Under the pieces are notes generated by a model. The model had not been told where the DNA came from. It saw only the letters and a list, made by a program, of their open reading frames with translations, and made no database searches. A program made the translations under genes and the position numbers. This document shows positions 49,740-59,707 of a DNA stretch of 60,103 nt, piece after piece. How positions within the stretch are numbered: position 1 is the first letter of the stretch; each line of letters begins with the position of its first letter. Source of the stretch: Limisphaerales bacterium. Its GTDB lineage: Bacteria > Verrucomicrobiota > Verrucomicrobiia > Limisphaerales > SIBE01. The stretch is taken from the NCBI GenBank assembly GCA_044225505.1, contig JBGAIN010000032.1, forward strand, positions 1-60,103. The letters run 5' to 3'.

Positions 49740-50623
49740 CAGCCCAAGTTTCGCTCTTTGGGTGCGAAAATCAGATTGTCGTATTCGTAGGACCGGCGCA
49801 CTTCGTGGGCCACAAAACGGCCGCCGGAGAATTCCCAGGCGCGATACCCCGAGTTGAGCAGGAGATCGACCGGTCGTCGGCTATCGTTCTTGCCATCGGT
49901 ATCGCCCACCTCCACGGAAACGATCGGTTTATCGCCCGCCAGAAGCTCGCGTGCGCCCGAGAGGATCGCTTCTTCGGCCGATTCCGCGTCGATTTTGAGC
50001 AGGGCAATCGGTTTGCCGAGCGATTTGCGAAAGGTATCAAGCGTGGTGGTTTGAACTTCGAACTCGCGCGCGGGCGGCAGAGTTTCTTCCCCTTTGCTCT
50101 CGGTGAAGCTGTTAAACCCCATGCATTCCGTCCCGTAATCTCGGAAAGTAAGTTTCCCGACACTGGACCAGACCGCGAACGGGTGCACGGTTACTTGCGG
50201 AAACAACCCGACGTTGTGCTGCGCAATCTGGCGCGTGGAGGGTGTCGGTTCGAAAGCGTGAACTTGACCTTTCGGACCGACCAGGCAAGCAAAGAGCGTC
50301 GTGTAATACCCGATATGCATGCCGATATCGACCACGACCTGGCCCGGGGCGACCAGGTTCAGAAAGGCTTCCGTCAAGGTCTCTTCATAAACCCCGTAGC
50401 TCCCGATCCCTTCGCTCACGCGCTCCCCACTCACGACGGTGAAGCGCGGGCAGTGAAAGGTCTGGACGACCCGCAGTTGGCCGAGCTGCGACGGGGAGTA
50501 AAGCCTTTTGCGCAGCTGATTCCGGAGGAAGCGTCCCGGATCCACCAACGGCTTCTGCCAGCTCCGGGCCAGCTTGTAGCGGAGGTGGCGCTGAAAACGA
50601 TTCAGTAATTCAGGATCGCCCAT
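49739..50623 (-). CDS. FkbM family methyltransferase
   Basis: VVDIGMHIGYYT, VHAFEP, TTLD, LLKIDAESAE. Confidence 0.92.
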   Translation of the reverse strand: MGDPELLNRFQRHLRYKLARSWQKPLVDPGRFLRNQLRKRLYSPSQLGQLRVVQTFHCPRFTVVSGERVSEGIGSYGVYEETLTEAFLNLVAPGQVVVDIGMHIGYYTTLFACLVGPKGQVHAFEPTPSTRQIAQHNVGLFPQVTVHPFAVWSSVGKLTFRDYGTECMGFNSFTESKGEETLPPAREFEVQTTTLDTFRKSLGKPIALLKIDAESAEEAILSGARELLAGDKPIVSVEVGDTDGKNDSRRPVDLLLNSGYRAWEFSGGRFVAHEVRRSYEYDNLIFAPKERNLG

Positions 50624-50625
50624 GC

Positions 50626-51459
50626 CTAGCGTTTACGTCGTAACCAAAGGTCTACCTGCCACAACCGGCCGGGCCACTGTCGGAAAGTCTCATGCACATC
50701 TTCCAGTTCAAAGCCCCAGCTCACTAAAGTCTGGAGCACTTCCGGCATCAAGCTTTGCCCAGCGTAGAGCGGGTGCAAGGAGACTTCAATCACCATGCGC
50801 TCCGCTTGGCTCAAGACGTTGCGGCCTCCCGCCAGCACTCGGCCTTCGAACCCTTGCACATCGATCTTTACCAGATCCGGCTTGGCCAAACCCCGTTCTT
50901 CCGCGAGTTGGTCCAACGGCATGACTTCAACCTGCTTTTCAGCGACCGCTTCCAGCGCCCCCATCCCGGAACCTTCCGTTTCGACCGGCGCGAGCAACGA
51001 AGACGCCGCCGCGTTCCGGGTGACATGCAATCGTTGGGTGATCTGTTTATCGCCCAGTGCAACCGGCAGCATCTGCCATTCGCCCCCTTGACGCGGTTGG
51101 CGGGTCATGGCTTTTTCCCGGACGTCCGCTTGGGGTTCAAAGAGCAAAATCCGCCCGGGGGAATAAATCGTTTGGCACATCTCGGACCAGAGCCCTTGGT
51201 GAGCGCCGATGTCGTAAATGGTGCGCGGTTGAAACCCTTCGTCATGCCAGCGGCGGAGTTGAATATAATGCGCGGTATCCCACCCTCGCCACCAGGCCTG
51301 CAACACCCGGGGATCATCGGCAAAAAGCACGCCCGCCGCGCAGAACCGCCGCAGCCGCGCCCGGCAAAAGCGGCTGAGCCTGCTCGGAAAATCGCGCGCC
51401 TGAAGGTCCCCGGACCGGGCCAGGAAAGGTCGCTTCGCTATGCGCGGTTGCGCGTGCAT
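50626..51459 (-). CDS. FkbM family methyltransferase
   Basis: IYDIGAHQG, LFEP, VALGD, ASSLL, LVKIDVQGFE, LYAGQ. Confidence 0.92.
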   Translation of the reverse strand: MHAQPRIAKRPFLARSGDLQARDFPSRLSRFCRARLRRFCAAGVLFADDPRVLQAWWRGWDTAHYIQLRRWHDEGFQPRTIYDIGAHQGLWSEMCQTIYSPGRILLFEPQADVREKAMTRQPRQGGEWQMLPVALGDKQITQRLHVTRNAAASSLLAPVETEGSGMGALEAVAEKQVEVMPLDQLAEERGLAKPDLVKIDVQGFEGRVLAGGRNVLSQAERMVIEVSLHPLYAGQSLMPEVLQTLVSWGFELEDVHETFRQWPGRLWQVDLWLRRKR

Positions 51460-51465
51460 GCGGCG

Positions 51466-52143
51466 TTACGGCTTGGTCACGATAAACGAATTCCCAAACG
51501 TGGCGTAGGGCTGGTACGAGGTGTAGGTCCAGTCGCGTTGCGAGGCCATGAATTCGAAGAAGGCCTTTTGTTCGCCTTTGTGACGGCTGCCTTTGAAATT
51601 GAACCAGTCGTCAAAAAGCAGGATCGTTCCTTCCTGCAAGATCGGCTGGATGCCGCAGAGTACGGCGTGGGTCGATTCGTACAGATCGCAATCAATGTGC
51701 ACCACCGATGCGGCCGTATACTTGCTCCCGATCACTTTCGGCAACGTGTCCGAGAACCGGCCCGCCTCAATTTGCGGCGCGGGAAGTTCGTACTTCTCGA
51801 AGAGCATCAAGATCACTTTCTCGCTCACCGGTTCTCCCTGCTTGCAGATGGGATGGAAGGAGTGATTGACGCGAAACATCCCTGTCTTCCAGCGCGGATG
51901 ATCATCACCCCCGGGCAGACCTTCGAAAGAATCAAATCCGACCACGCGCCGAGTGAAATTAATCTGGTGGATGCTCTTGCGATTGACTTCGTGATAGTGG
52001 GAAAGCAGCGCCAGGCTTCGTCCGGTGTAAACGCCAAACTCAAAAATGTCGCCCGGCACGAGTTCATAATCCACAAACCGCGTGGCGTTTCGAAACATCG
52101 TGTGCCGGATATCGAAATTGATCAGCTCAGAGATACTTTCCAT
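51466..52143 (-). CDS. TylF/MycF/NovP-related O-methyltransferase
   Basis: PGDIFEFGVYTGRS, GFDSFEGLP, GRFSDTLP, VHIDCDLYES, LLFDDW, GEQKAF. Confidence 0.93.
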   Translation of the reverse strand: MESISELINFDIRHTMFRNATRFVDYELVPGDIFEFGVYTGRSLALLSHYHEVNRKSIHQINFTRRVVGFDSFEGLPGGDDHPRWKTGMFRVNHSFHPICKQGEPVSEKVILMLFEKYELPAPQIEAGRFSDTLPKVIGSKYTAASVVHIDCDLYESTHAVLCGIQPILQEGTILLFDDWFNFKGSRHKGEQKAFFEFMASQRDWTYTSYQPYATFGNSFIVTKP

Positions 52144-52489
52144 GATGAATTATCGGTAAATCGCCGTCAGTGGCAGGCCTGTTCTCAAACCATCGTCAGG
52201 GCTATCCGGCGGCCAATGCCGCGACATCCAGCAACAGGCAAATCGGCTGGGCAAAAGGGCGCAGTCCCGAGCCCGCCGCCAAGCGCACGTCTCGATCCCT
52301 TTGCGTGGTTCTTAAAGCCATTCCGACCATGGTAAAGCATCAACTTCTCTTTTCAAGAGATTTGCCCGGAGCCGAGGTTGTGTCGCGCCAGACGCCTCGC
52401 ACCGAGAGCATCACGCAGCCGCCTTTGGCTTGCCTCTAGTTCCAATCTGCGCTTGGGTAGAGACGCACCCTCCCAGGGTCCCGAGAATT

Positions 52490-52930
52490 ATGAAAAGACT
52501 GTTCCAAGCCTTTGTTGCGCTCGCCCTGCTCGCTGTCACCGGCTGGATCGTTTGGAACGATTGGTTGCGCCCCAGGTTCGAACTGGTCCCGGCTCCTATG
52601 GCGCCACCCATGGTCCCACCGCTTGCGCGTGAGGAACGGGAGATCGTGGGCATTGGTGCGGTGCTGAAAGGGGATGACGCATTCGATGGCCCGCTGGTTG
52701 TGGAAGTGCTCCCAAACTCGCCGGCTGCCAAAGCAGGCATTCAGGCCGGTGCGCACATTCAGAAGATTGACGATACCCCTACAGCCGGTCTCGCCCTGGC
52801 AGATTGCGTCCGCCGGATTCGAGGCCCGGTCGGGAGCAAATTGCGCTTGGAATGGGTCGATGAAGCGCTGAACGCGACGAATACGATCGAACTGGTGCGG
52901 GCGAAGGTCGAGATTCCGCAGAGGCTATGA
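52490..52930 (+). CDS. Membrane-anchored single PDZ domain protein
   Basis: N-terminal TM helix; VGIGAVL, VVEVLPNSPAAKAGI, IRGPVGSKLRL (S41/CtpA-like PDZ), no protease domain. Confidence 0.85.
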   Translation: MKRLFQAFVALALLAVTGWIVWNDWLRPRFELVPAPMAPPMVPPLAREEREIVGIGAVLKGDDAFDGPLVVEVLPNSPAAKAGIQAGAHIQKIDDTPTAGLALADCVRRIRGPVGSKLRLEWVDEALNATNTIELVRAKVEIPQRL

Positions 52931-53026
52931 CGGAGATTGGCTGCGGCATAGAGCGGGGCGGGTAAAATGAGGATCCACGGTGAGAACGCAAATGCTTGAG
53001 GCTGCGACCGGGCTTCATTCGTAGAT

Positions 53027-53120
53027 AGCAGGGAATGAACAAGGATTGAACTCGGAAATAACACGGATTCCAGCCGAGTTATTTCCCTGTTAAACCCGTG
53101 TTATATCCGTGTTATATCCG
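53027..53120. repeat. Palindromic array of 11-bp units (consensus CCGTGTTATAT)
   Basis: Inverted units at 53027, 53038, 53049 and 53060, then direct units at 53074, 53085, 53096 and 53107. Confidence 0.8.
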
Positions 53121-53467
53121 AAGGAAGGCCAGTTCGGTGCCGTTCGTTCAGGGCGGTTCTGACCGCCTTCCCAAGCTTGGCTAGAGTGTCTTTGAAGCCG
53201 GGCCAAATTAGGGACCGCGGCTGTGTCGTCAGGCCAGCCGCAGCAGTTCCGCCTCTTCAAGCGCTGTGTGAAAAACGCGAGGTCCACCTGTAACTATTCA
53301 TGGACGCTTCCTACGGTTAGGCTCGACGGCCTCGCCCTCACCGCGTCCCGTGGAAGGTCCTGCGCCTGACCTCAACCAATTTGAGCTCGCCCGGTTGGCC
53401 AGCTCCTGGACTCGCGCTCTTGCCAAGAAGGCAGGAATGCCCGTAGTGTGCATGTAACTTAATTCCC

Positions 53468-56400
53468 GTGGCCCTGATTCCAATTTGGTTAACTGACCGT
53501 GCGCAGCGGATCTGGCAACAGCCTCCGCCCTTCGTCGCGGTCTGGGCAGATCGACTGATCTCCGCCCAACTGCCTCTCTGGGTCTCGCTTGTGACGGCCG
53601 GACTATCGTTTGCGGCCTCAAGCGCCGCGACATTGGCGGCTGGACCTGGGAGCGCCAAATCGGTCGATTACAATCGCGACATCCGACCGATTCTCTCCGA
53701 GAACTGTTATGCGTGTCATGGGCCGGACGCGGACAAGCGCAAAGCCGGCCTGAGACTGGACATTCGTGAGGATGCTTTAAAAGCACTCAAATCCGGGGCT
53801 TACGCGATCGTTCCTCGAGATTCGGCCAAGAGCGAATTGGTGCACCGAATTACGACGACAGACGAAGACGATCGCATGCCGCCTGCGAAATCGGGCAAGA
53901 GCCTCACCGCGGTGCAAATCGAGTTGCTGCGGCGTTGGGTCGAGGAAGGTGCGGCCTGGAGTGGCCATTGGGCTTACCAAAAGCCCGAACGCCCGACCGT
54001 TCCGGAAGTGCAGAACAAGTCTTGGGCTCGCAACGATATTGACCGATTCATTCTGGCGCGACTGGAGAAGGAAGGGCAAAAGCCGTCCCCTGAGGCCGAC
54101 AAGAACCGGTTGATCCGCCGCGCGACGTTGGATTTGACAGGACTCCCCCCGAGCGTCGCGGAGGTGGAGCAGTTTCTTTATGACAATAGCCCGGACGCCT
54201 ACGACAAGCTGGTGGATCGCTTGCTGCAGTCTACGCGTTACGGCGAGCGCATGGCGCAGGATTGGCTCGATCTGGCACGATTTGCCGATTCGCAGGGATA
54301 CCACCACGACAGCCACCGCGATTTGTGGCCGTGGCGAGACTGGGTCATTCAAGCTTTTAACGATAACATGCCGTTTGACCAGTTCACCACCGAGCAAGTC
54401 GCCGGGGATCTGCTGCCGAACGCGACTCGCGCGCAGCGCATCGCCACGGGGTTTCATCGCAATGAGATGACGACGTCGGAAGGCGGTGCGATGCCGGAAG
54501 AGTATTCGGTGAAGTATGTTGTCGGCCGAGTGGATACCACCGCGCGGGTTTGGCTGGGAACTTCCATGGCCTGCGCGGAATGTCATGATCATAAGTACGA
54601 TCCGATCACGCAGAAGCAGTTCTACGAATTCTTCGCCTACTTCAATACCGTGGCCGAGAATGGCTTGGACCAGGAGTTGAACCCGGTGCCTCGCCTGGTC
54701 CTGGACACTCCTGAGCAACGGCAGAAGCTGGAACAATTCGGCCGCGAGATTGGCGCGCTGGAAAAAGCGCGCGAAGGTCTCTTGCTGATTCCCAACGCCG
54801 AGCAAGCCGCGGCGCAGGAACAATGGTCTGCCAAGCTGAGAGACGTTGGGGTCGAACGTTGGCGTCTTTTGGAACCGGTCGGGTTATCCGCCACGAGTGG
54901 CGCAACGCTCAATAAGCTGCTGGATCATTCGGTTTTGGCGAAGGGAACCAACGCGGGTCCAGAGACTTATGAAATCCGGCTGCGCACAGACGCGCTCGGA
55001 ATCCGCGGGCTCCGGCTGGAGGCGTTGGCGGACGAACGGTTCCGCGGGACGAACACCTCGGGCCGCGGTGCGGCGGGAGACTTTCTTTTGACGCAGCTGG
55101 AAGTGGTTGCGCGCAGTGCTCATCCCGAAGCCGCCACCCGAGTGCCCGCGCCGGATTTTGGTCCGTGGTATTCGCTAGGGCCATTCCAGGCCGCGACGGG
55201 CAAAGAGGCTTTTGAAAAGAGCTTCGGTCCCGAAAACGGAGTGGAGCTTTCGAAAACGTATGAAGACGGGAAGTTGAAGTGGATGTCGCACTCCGATTGG
55301 AAAGATGGAGGGGTGCAGGAACTGCCCGGAACGAATGCCGCGACGTTTGTCTACCGCACTTTGCAGGCGAAAGAGGCCGGGCCGGTCATTTTGTCGTTGG
55401 GGAGCGGTGGAGGTCTCCAAGTTTGGTGGAATGGGCGACGTGTTCTGTCGAAGCAAGTAAGCCGATCAGCGGCGCCGGACCAGAATCGCGTCGTCGTCTG
55501 GCTGGCTCCGGGAGAAAACCGTTTGCTCTTGAAGATCAATGCGGAGGGCGGCGGCGGCGGGATGTCTTTCAAACTGCTTCCGGATCCCGTTTTGGAGCAC
55601 GCCGTTGAGATCGCCAACGTCGCGGCGGACTACAACCAGCCGGATTTTAATGTGCGCGGAATCCTGGATGGCAATCCCGAGTCCGGATGGGCCGTTGGCG
55701 GGACGGCTTCGGAAGCGGCTGGCTCACATCAAGCGTATGCCCAAGTCCAGGACGCCTTCGGATTCAAAGAAGGGACCGAACTGGTGGTTCGCCTCCGGTT
55801 TCAGTCAGAGAAAAGCGGGAGAGCCCAGGGCCGGTTCCGCGTCGCGCTCACCAGCGCGGAGGGGCTTGGCGATTTCATCGGCCTGACCGATCCGGTGCGG
55901 CGCCTCCTCCTGCGCCCGGCAGATCAGCTCGCGGCGGCGGAGAAGACCGAATTGCAGCGCTATTACAGGGAGAATTTCGTGCCGGAGATTCGTGAGCTCG
56001 GGACGTTGCTCGCCACCCAGCGGAAAGCGAAACAGGAGTTTAACGACAGCATTACGGTCACGATGGTGATGCAAGAGATGGAAAAACCGCGGGACACGTA
56101 TCTCCTGGTTCGCGGCAACTTCCAACAGCGCGGGGAGAAGGTCGCACCGGGAGTGCCGTCGTCCTTGTTCCCGATGCCAGCGGGTTATCCAACGAACCGC
56201 CTCGGCCTGGCCAAGTGGCTCACGCATCCGGACCATCCGTTAGTCAGTCGGGTGACCGTCAATCATTTCTGGCAGCACTATTTCGGAACGGGATTGGTCA
56301 AGACAGCGGAAGATTTTGGGTCTCAGGGCGAATGGCCGAGCCACCCCGAGTTGCTCGACTGGCTCGCCACGGAGTTCGTCCGCACGAAGTGGGATATCAA

Positions 56401-57139
56401 AGCGATGCAGCGATTGATCGTGACCTCGGCGACTTACCGGCAAGCCGCGACCGTGAGCGCGGAAGGGCTGCAACGGGACCCGGACAATCGGCTCTTGGGA
56501 CGGTTTCCAAGGTTGCGACTAGATGCGGAGTGTATTCGGGACAACGCCCTGGCGATCAGCGGGCTGCTCAATTCGAAAATTGGCGGACCGAGCGCCTATC
56601 CGTATCAACCCCCAGGGTTATGGGAGGCGGTGGCATTTGAAGGCACGCGCAAATACGAACAAAGCCAGGGCGCCGAGAACTATCGGCGCGGACTGTATAC
56701 CTATTGGCGGCGCTCGCTGCCTTACCCGTCGCTGATCACGTTTGACGCGCCGGTGCGGGAAACGTGCACCGTGCGCCGGCCGCGCACCAACACCCCGTTG
56801 CAGGCGCTCACCCTCATGAACGATCCGGTCTACGTCGAGGCCGCTCGAGTGTTCGGCCAGCGCATTCTCCGCGAAGGCGGGGGGACATTGGACTCTCGCA
56901 TCGACTATGCCGTTCGGGTCTGTTTGGGACGGTCCCCGAGCAAGGCGGAACGCAACGTTTTGGAAAAGGCCTATCGAGAGCACCTGGCAACATTCGAACA
57001 GAATCGGGTTTCTGCTGCCAAGCTCCTGAATATCGGAGCGTCCAGCCCGCCGATCGATCTGGATCCGTGCGAGTTGGCAACTTGGACGCTTCTAGGGACC
57101 ACGCTGCTCAATCTGGATGAGACGATTACGAAGGGCTAA
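53468..57139 (+). CDS. Planctomycete cytochrome c + DUF1549/DUF1553 (PSD1) domain protein
   Basis: YNRDIRPILSENCYACHGPD, RMPP, HWAY..P, YGERMAQDWLDLARFADS, CAECHDHKYDP, PSHPELLDWLA, TNTPLQAL, LNLDETITKG; start uncertain. Confidence 0.95.
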   Translation: MALIPIWLTDRAQRIWQQPPPFVAVWADRLISAQLPLWVSLVTAGLSFAASSAATLAAGPGSAKSVDYNRDIRPILSENCYACHGPDADKRKAGLRLDIREDALKALKSGAYAIVPRDSAKSELVHRITTTDEDDRMPPAKSGKSLTAVQIELLRRWVEEGAAWSGHWAYQKPERPTVPEVQNKSWARNDIDRFILARLEKEGQKPSPEADKNRLIRRATLDLTGLPPSVAEVEQFLYDNSPDAYDKLVDRLLQSTRYGERMAQDWLDLARFADSQGYHHDSHRDLWPWRDWVIQAFNDNMPFDQFTTEQVAGDLLPNATRAQRIATGFHRNEMTTSEGGAMPEEYSVKYVVGRVDTTARVWLGTSMACAECHDHKYDPITQKQFYEFFAYFNTVAENGLDQELNPVPRLVLDTPEQRQKLEQFGREIGALEKAREGLLLIPNAEQAAAQEQWSAKLRDVGVERWRLLEPVGLSATSGATLNKLLDHSVLAKGTNAGPETYEIRLRTDALGIRGLRLEALADERFRGTNTSGRGAAGDFLLTQLEVVARSAHPEAATRVPAPDFGPWYSLGPFQAATGKEAFEKSFGPENGVELSKTYEDGKLKWMSHSDWKDGGVQELPGTNAATFVYRTLQAKEAGPVILSLGSGGGLQVWWNGRRVLSKQVSRSAAPDQNRVVVWLAPGENRLLLKINAEGGGGGMSFKLLPDPVLEHAVEIANVAADYNQPDFNVRGILDGNPESGWAVGGTASEAAGSHQAYAQVQDAFGFKEGTELVVRLRFQSEKSGRAQGRFRVALTSAEGLGDFIGLTDPVRRLLLRPADQLAAAEKTELQRYYRENFVPEIRELGTLLATQRKAKQEFNDSITVTMVMQEMEKPRDTYLLVRGNFQQRGEKVAPGVPSSLFPMPAGYPTNRLGLAKWLTHPDHPLVSRVTVNHFWQHYFGTGLVKTAEDFGSQGEWPSHPELLDWLATEFVRTKWDIKAMQRLIVTSATYRQAATVSAEGLQRDPDNRLLGRFPRLRLDAECIRDNALAISGLLNSKIGGPSAYPYQPPGLWEAVAFEGTRKYEQSQGAENYRRGLYTYWRRSLPYPSLITFDAPVRETCTVRRPRTNTPLQALTLMNDPVYVEAARVFGQRILREGGGTLDSRIDYAVRVCLGRSPSKAERNVLEKAYREHLATFEQNRVSAAKLLNIGASSPPIDLDPCELATWTLLGTTLLNLDETITKG

Positions 57140-57142
57140 GAC

Positions 57143-58591
57143 ATGTTATTTCAAGACCAGTTTGATTCCCTGGTAAGTCGGCGCGCGTTCTTGCGGAGCA
57201 GTGCCTGCGGTTTGGGGGCCTGGGCCTTGGGATCGTTGCTCGGTCCGCGCGACCTCGAGGCGGCCACTGCGGTTGCGCGTCAATCCTTCGGAGTTGTCGA
57301 TCCGCTTCATCTCGCGCCGAAGGCGAAACGAGTGATCTACCTGTTCATGTCGGGCGCACCGTCTCATCTCGATCTCTTTGATCCGAAGCCGAAACTAGCC
57401 GAGATGACAGGGATCGATCTGCCGGAGTCCGTGCGCATGGGACAGCGCATCACCGGAATGACGAGCGGCCAGAAACACCTTTATTGCGTCGGGTCACCCT
57501 TTACGTTTCACAAACACGGCCGGTGCGGCATGGAATTGTCCGAGTTGCTGCCGCACACCGGGAAGATTGCTGACGAAATCACATTGATCCGGACGCTCCA
57601 TACCGAACCAATCAATCACGATCCGGCCGTCACCTACCTGGCCACGGGGCATCAGCAGCCCGGTCGGCCAACGCTGGGCGCCTGGGTCTCTTATGGCTTG
57701 GGAAGCGAGAATGGAAATCTCCCGGCGTTCATCGTCATGATTTCCGGAAAAGGTGGGCAGTCGCTCCAGAGCCGATACTGGGGAAATGGTTTTCTGCCGA
57801 GCAACCATCAAGGGGTGCAGTTCCGCGGGCAGGGAGATCCGGTGTTGTTCTTTTCGAATCCGCCCGGTCTGAGCGAAAAGACGCGGCGCCGAATGCTCGA
57901 CGATGTCGCGATGCTCAATCGCATGCAGTTGGATAGTTTGGGCGACCCGGAAATTGCGGCGCGCATTGAGGCGTATGAGTTGGCGTTCCGAATGCAAACC
58001 AGCGTTCCGGAACTCATGGATATTTCCAAGGAATCGAAAGAAGTGCTCGACCTTTACGGAGCCGAGCCTGGGAAAGCGTCGTTCGCGAATAACTGCCTGT
58101 TAGCGCGACGTTTGGCTGAGCGGGGCGTGCGCTTTATCCAACTGATTCACAGGGACTGGGATCACCACGGAGACTTGCCCAGGGAGATTCGACGCCAGGC
58201 TGAGCTTACCGACAAGGCGTCCGCAGCGTTGGTGATGGATCTCAAACGCCGCGGTTTGCTAGAGGACACCTTGGTGGTTTGGGGTGGCGAGTTTGGTCGG
58301 ACGGCCTATAGCCAAGGCGACATTAGTAAAGCGAGCTTTGGACGAGATCACCATCCTCGATGTTTTAGCCTGTGGATGGCGGGCGGAGGAATTAAGGGAG
58401 GGCTGACTTATGGGGAGACCGACGAGTTTGGCTACAACATCGTTCGCGACGGCGTGCACGTTCACGATCTCCACGCCACCATGCTCCACTGCCTGGGCAT
58501 TCAGCACGAGCGCTTAACCTACCGATTCCAGGGAAGGGATTTCCGTTTGACCGATATTGCAGGAGAGGTTGTGAAGCCGATCCTGGCGTGA
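57143..58591 (+). CDS. DUF1501 domain protein (Tat signal)
   Basis: SRRAFLR; AKRVIYLFMSGAPSHLDLFDPKP, ARRLAERGVRF, WDHH, WGGEFGRT, GRDHHP. Confidence 0.95.
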   Translation: MLFQDQFDSLVSRRAFLRSSACGLGAWALGSLLGPRDLEAATAVARQSFGVVDPLHLAPKAKRVIYLFMSGAPSHLDLFDPKPKLAEMTGIDLPESVRMGQRITGMTSGQKHLYCVGSPFTFHKHGRCGMELSELLPHTGKIADEITLIRTLHTEPINHDPAVTYLATGHQQPGRPTLGAWVSYGLGSENGNLPAFIVMISGKGGQSLQSRYWGNGFLPSNHQGVQFRGQGDPVLFFSNPPGLSEKTRRRMLDDVAMLNRMQLDSLGDPEIAARIEAYELAFRMQTSVPELMDISKESKEVLDLYGAEPGKASFANNCLLARRLAERGVRFIQLIHRDWDHHGDLPREIRRQAELTDKASAALVMDLKRRGLLEDTLVVWGGEFGRTAYSQGDISKASFGRDHHPRCFSLWMAGGGIKGGLTYGETDEFGYNIVRDGVHVHDLHATMLHCLGIQHERLTYRFQGRDFRLTDIAGEVVKPILA

Positions 58592-58616
58592 CCTTGACCG
58601 GACTCTGGCGATCGCG

Positions 58617-59630
58617 TCAGAAGTACTCGGGCTCGCGACGCGAGGAAACGCGGCGGCTCCTTTGCCGGCGGCCCGTCTTGGAGGCCCGATCCCAGACGGC
58701 CAGTTGCTGTTCGATGGCCGCTAATGAGGTCGTCATCTCTTCCAGATCTGACTGGAGAGAGGCGCGGGTCTGACGTTCCAACCGCTCGCGGTCAATTCGT
58801 TCGCTGAAATTCCAGGCGGGCTGACGGCGAAGCTCGGACAAGCGTGATCGCAAGGACCGCAAGGTGCGCTTCAGATCGTTGGTGATTTGTTTTAACAGAG
58901 AAACACTCGTGCTCGCCGTGTTCCCCTGCTGCTCGATCTCGCAGTAAGTCAGGATGACCTGCAGCCGATCGGTGTCGCCCTCTTCATAGGCTGCCTGGGC
59001 TTGGTGCCACCATTCAAGTTTCTGTGCGGTCATCTTCTCTTGCACATCCGGATGCAACAGCCGGACCACCGCGCGGTACAGGTCCTTAAGGCGGGGCAGG
59101 ACTTTCGCGGACTTAGGAGCGTTTAGAGGTAAATCGCCCGAATCGAACATTCCGTCAAAGTTCTTGGAAAAGCGGTCTCGGATCTCTTCGAACAACGAGT
59201 CGAAGAAATCACCCTGAGTTTTCTCGCCTTTCCCGGCGTGCCCAGTTGGTTCTTCCTCCGGGGCCGGGGCGGGTTCGGGTTGTTCCTGGCGTTTCTTGAC
59301 TCGCTCGTAAGCGTGGGTAAATGAGCAACCGCGTTCGAACGCTTCGGATTCAATTTCGAAAAGTAGCATCTGTTGGGCTTGCAACTTTCCTGAAACCTCT
59401 CGAAGTTGGGTGAGCAACGCCCCAAACTGTTGGTGAAACCAGCGGTGGTACGAAGGCTGATCGTGTTCCTCGAACCGTTCGATTTCAGCTTGAGCTTTCC
59501 CTAAGTCGCGCCGGGCGCGCTCGTACTCGCGTCGCGCCTTTTCCCGGATGGGATGTCCGTTCACCTTGATCAAGGACCAAGGTCCGCACGGAACCGTTGG
59601 TTTGGCCCTGTTCTGCTTCCTGCGTGCCAC
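58617..59630 (-). CDS. Coiled-coil protein with internal J-domain
   Basis: LKDLYRAVVRLLHPD..AQAAYE J-domain-like segment within long heptad-rich helices; GTG start uncertain. Confidence 0.75.
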   Translation of the reverse strand: MARRKQNRAKPTVPCGPWSLIKVNGHPIREKARREYERARRDLGKAQAEIERFEEHDQPSYHRWFHQQFGALLTQLREVSGKLQAQQMLLFEIESEAFERGCSFTHAYERVKKRQEQPEPAPAPEEEPTGHAGKGEKTQGDFFDSLFEEIRDRFSKNFDGMFDSGDLPLNAPKSAKVLPRLKDLYRAVVRLLHPDVQEKMTAQKLEWWHQAQAAYEEGDTDRLQVILTYCEIEQQGNTASTSVSLLKQITNDLKRTLRSLRSRLSELRRQPAWNFSERIDRERLERQTRASLQSDLEEMTTSLAAIEQQLAVWDRASKTGRRQRSRRVSSRREPEYF

Positions 59631-59707
59631 GCCAGGACACTCCTGTGTCTCGAGGCTTTTTGCAAAAACATTTTGTTTTTCGAAAGCGCTCCTTTAGGTT
59701 GGATGGC

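Noticed and set aside
50755..52335. 526-aa plus-strand ORF
   Set aside because: Antisense shadow of the FkbM and TylF genes; no motifs; typical of GC-rich codon bias
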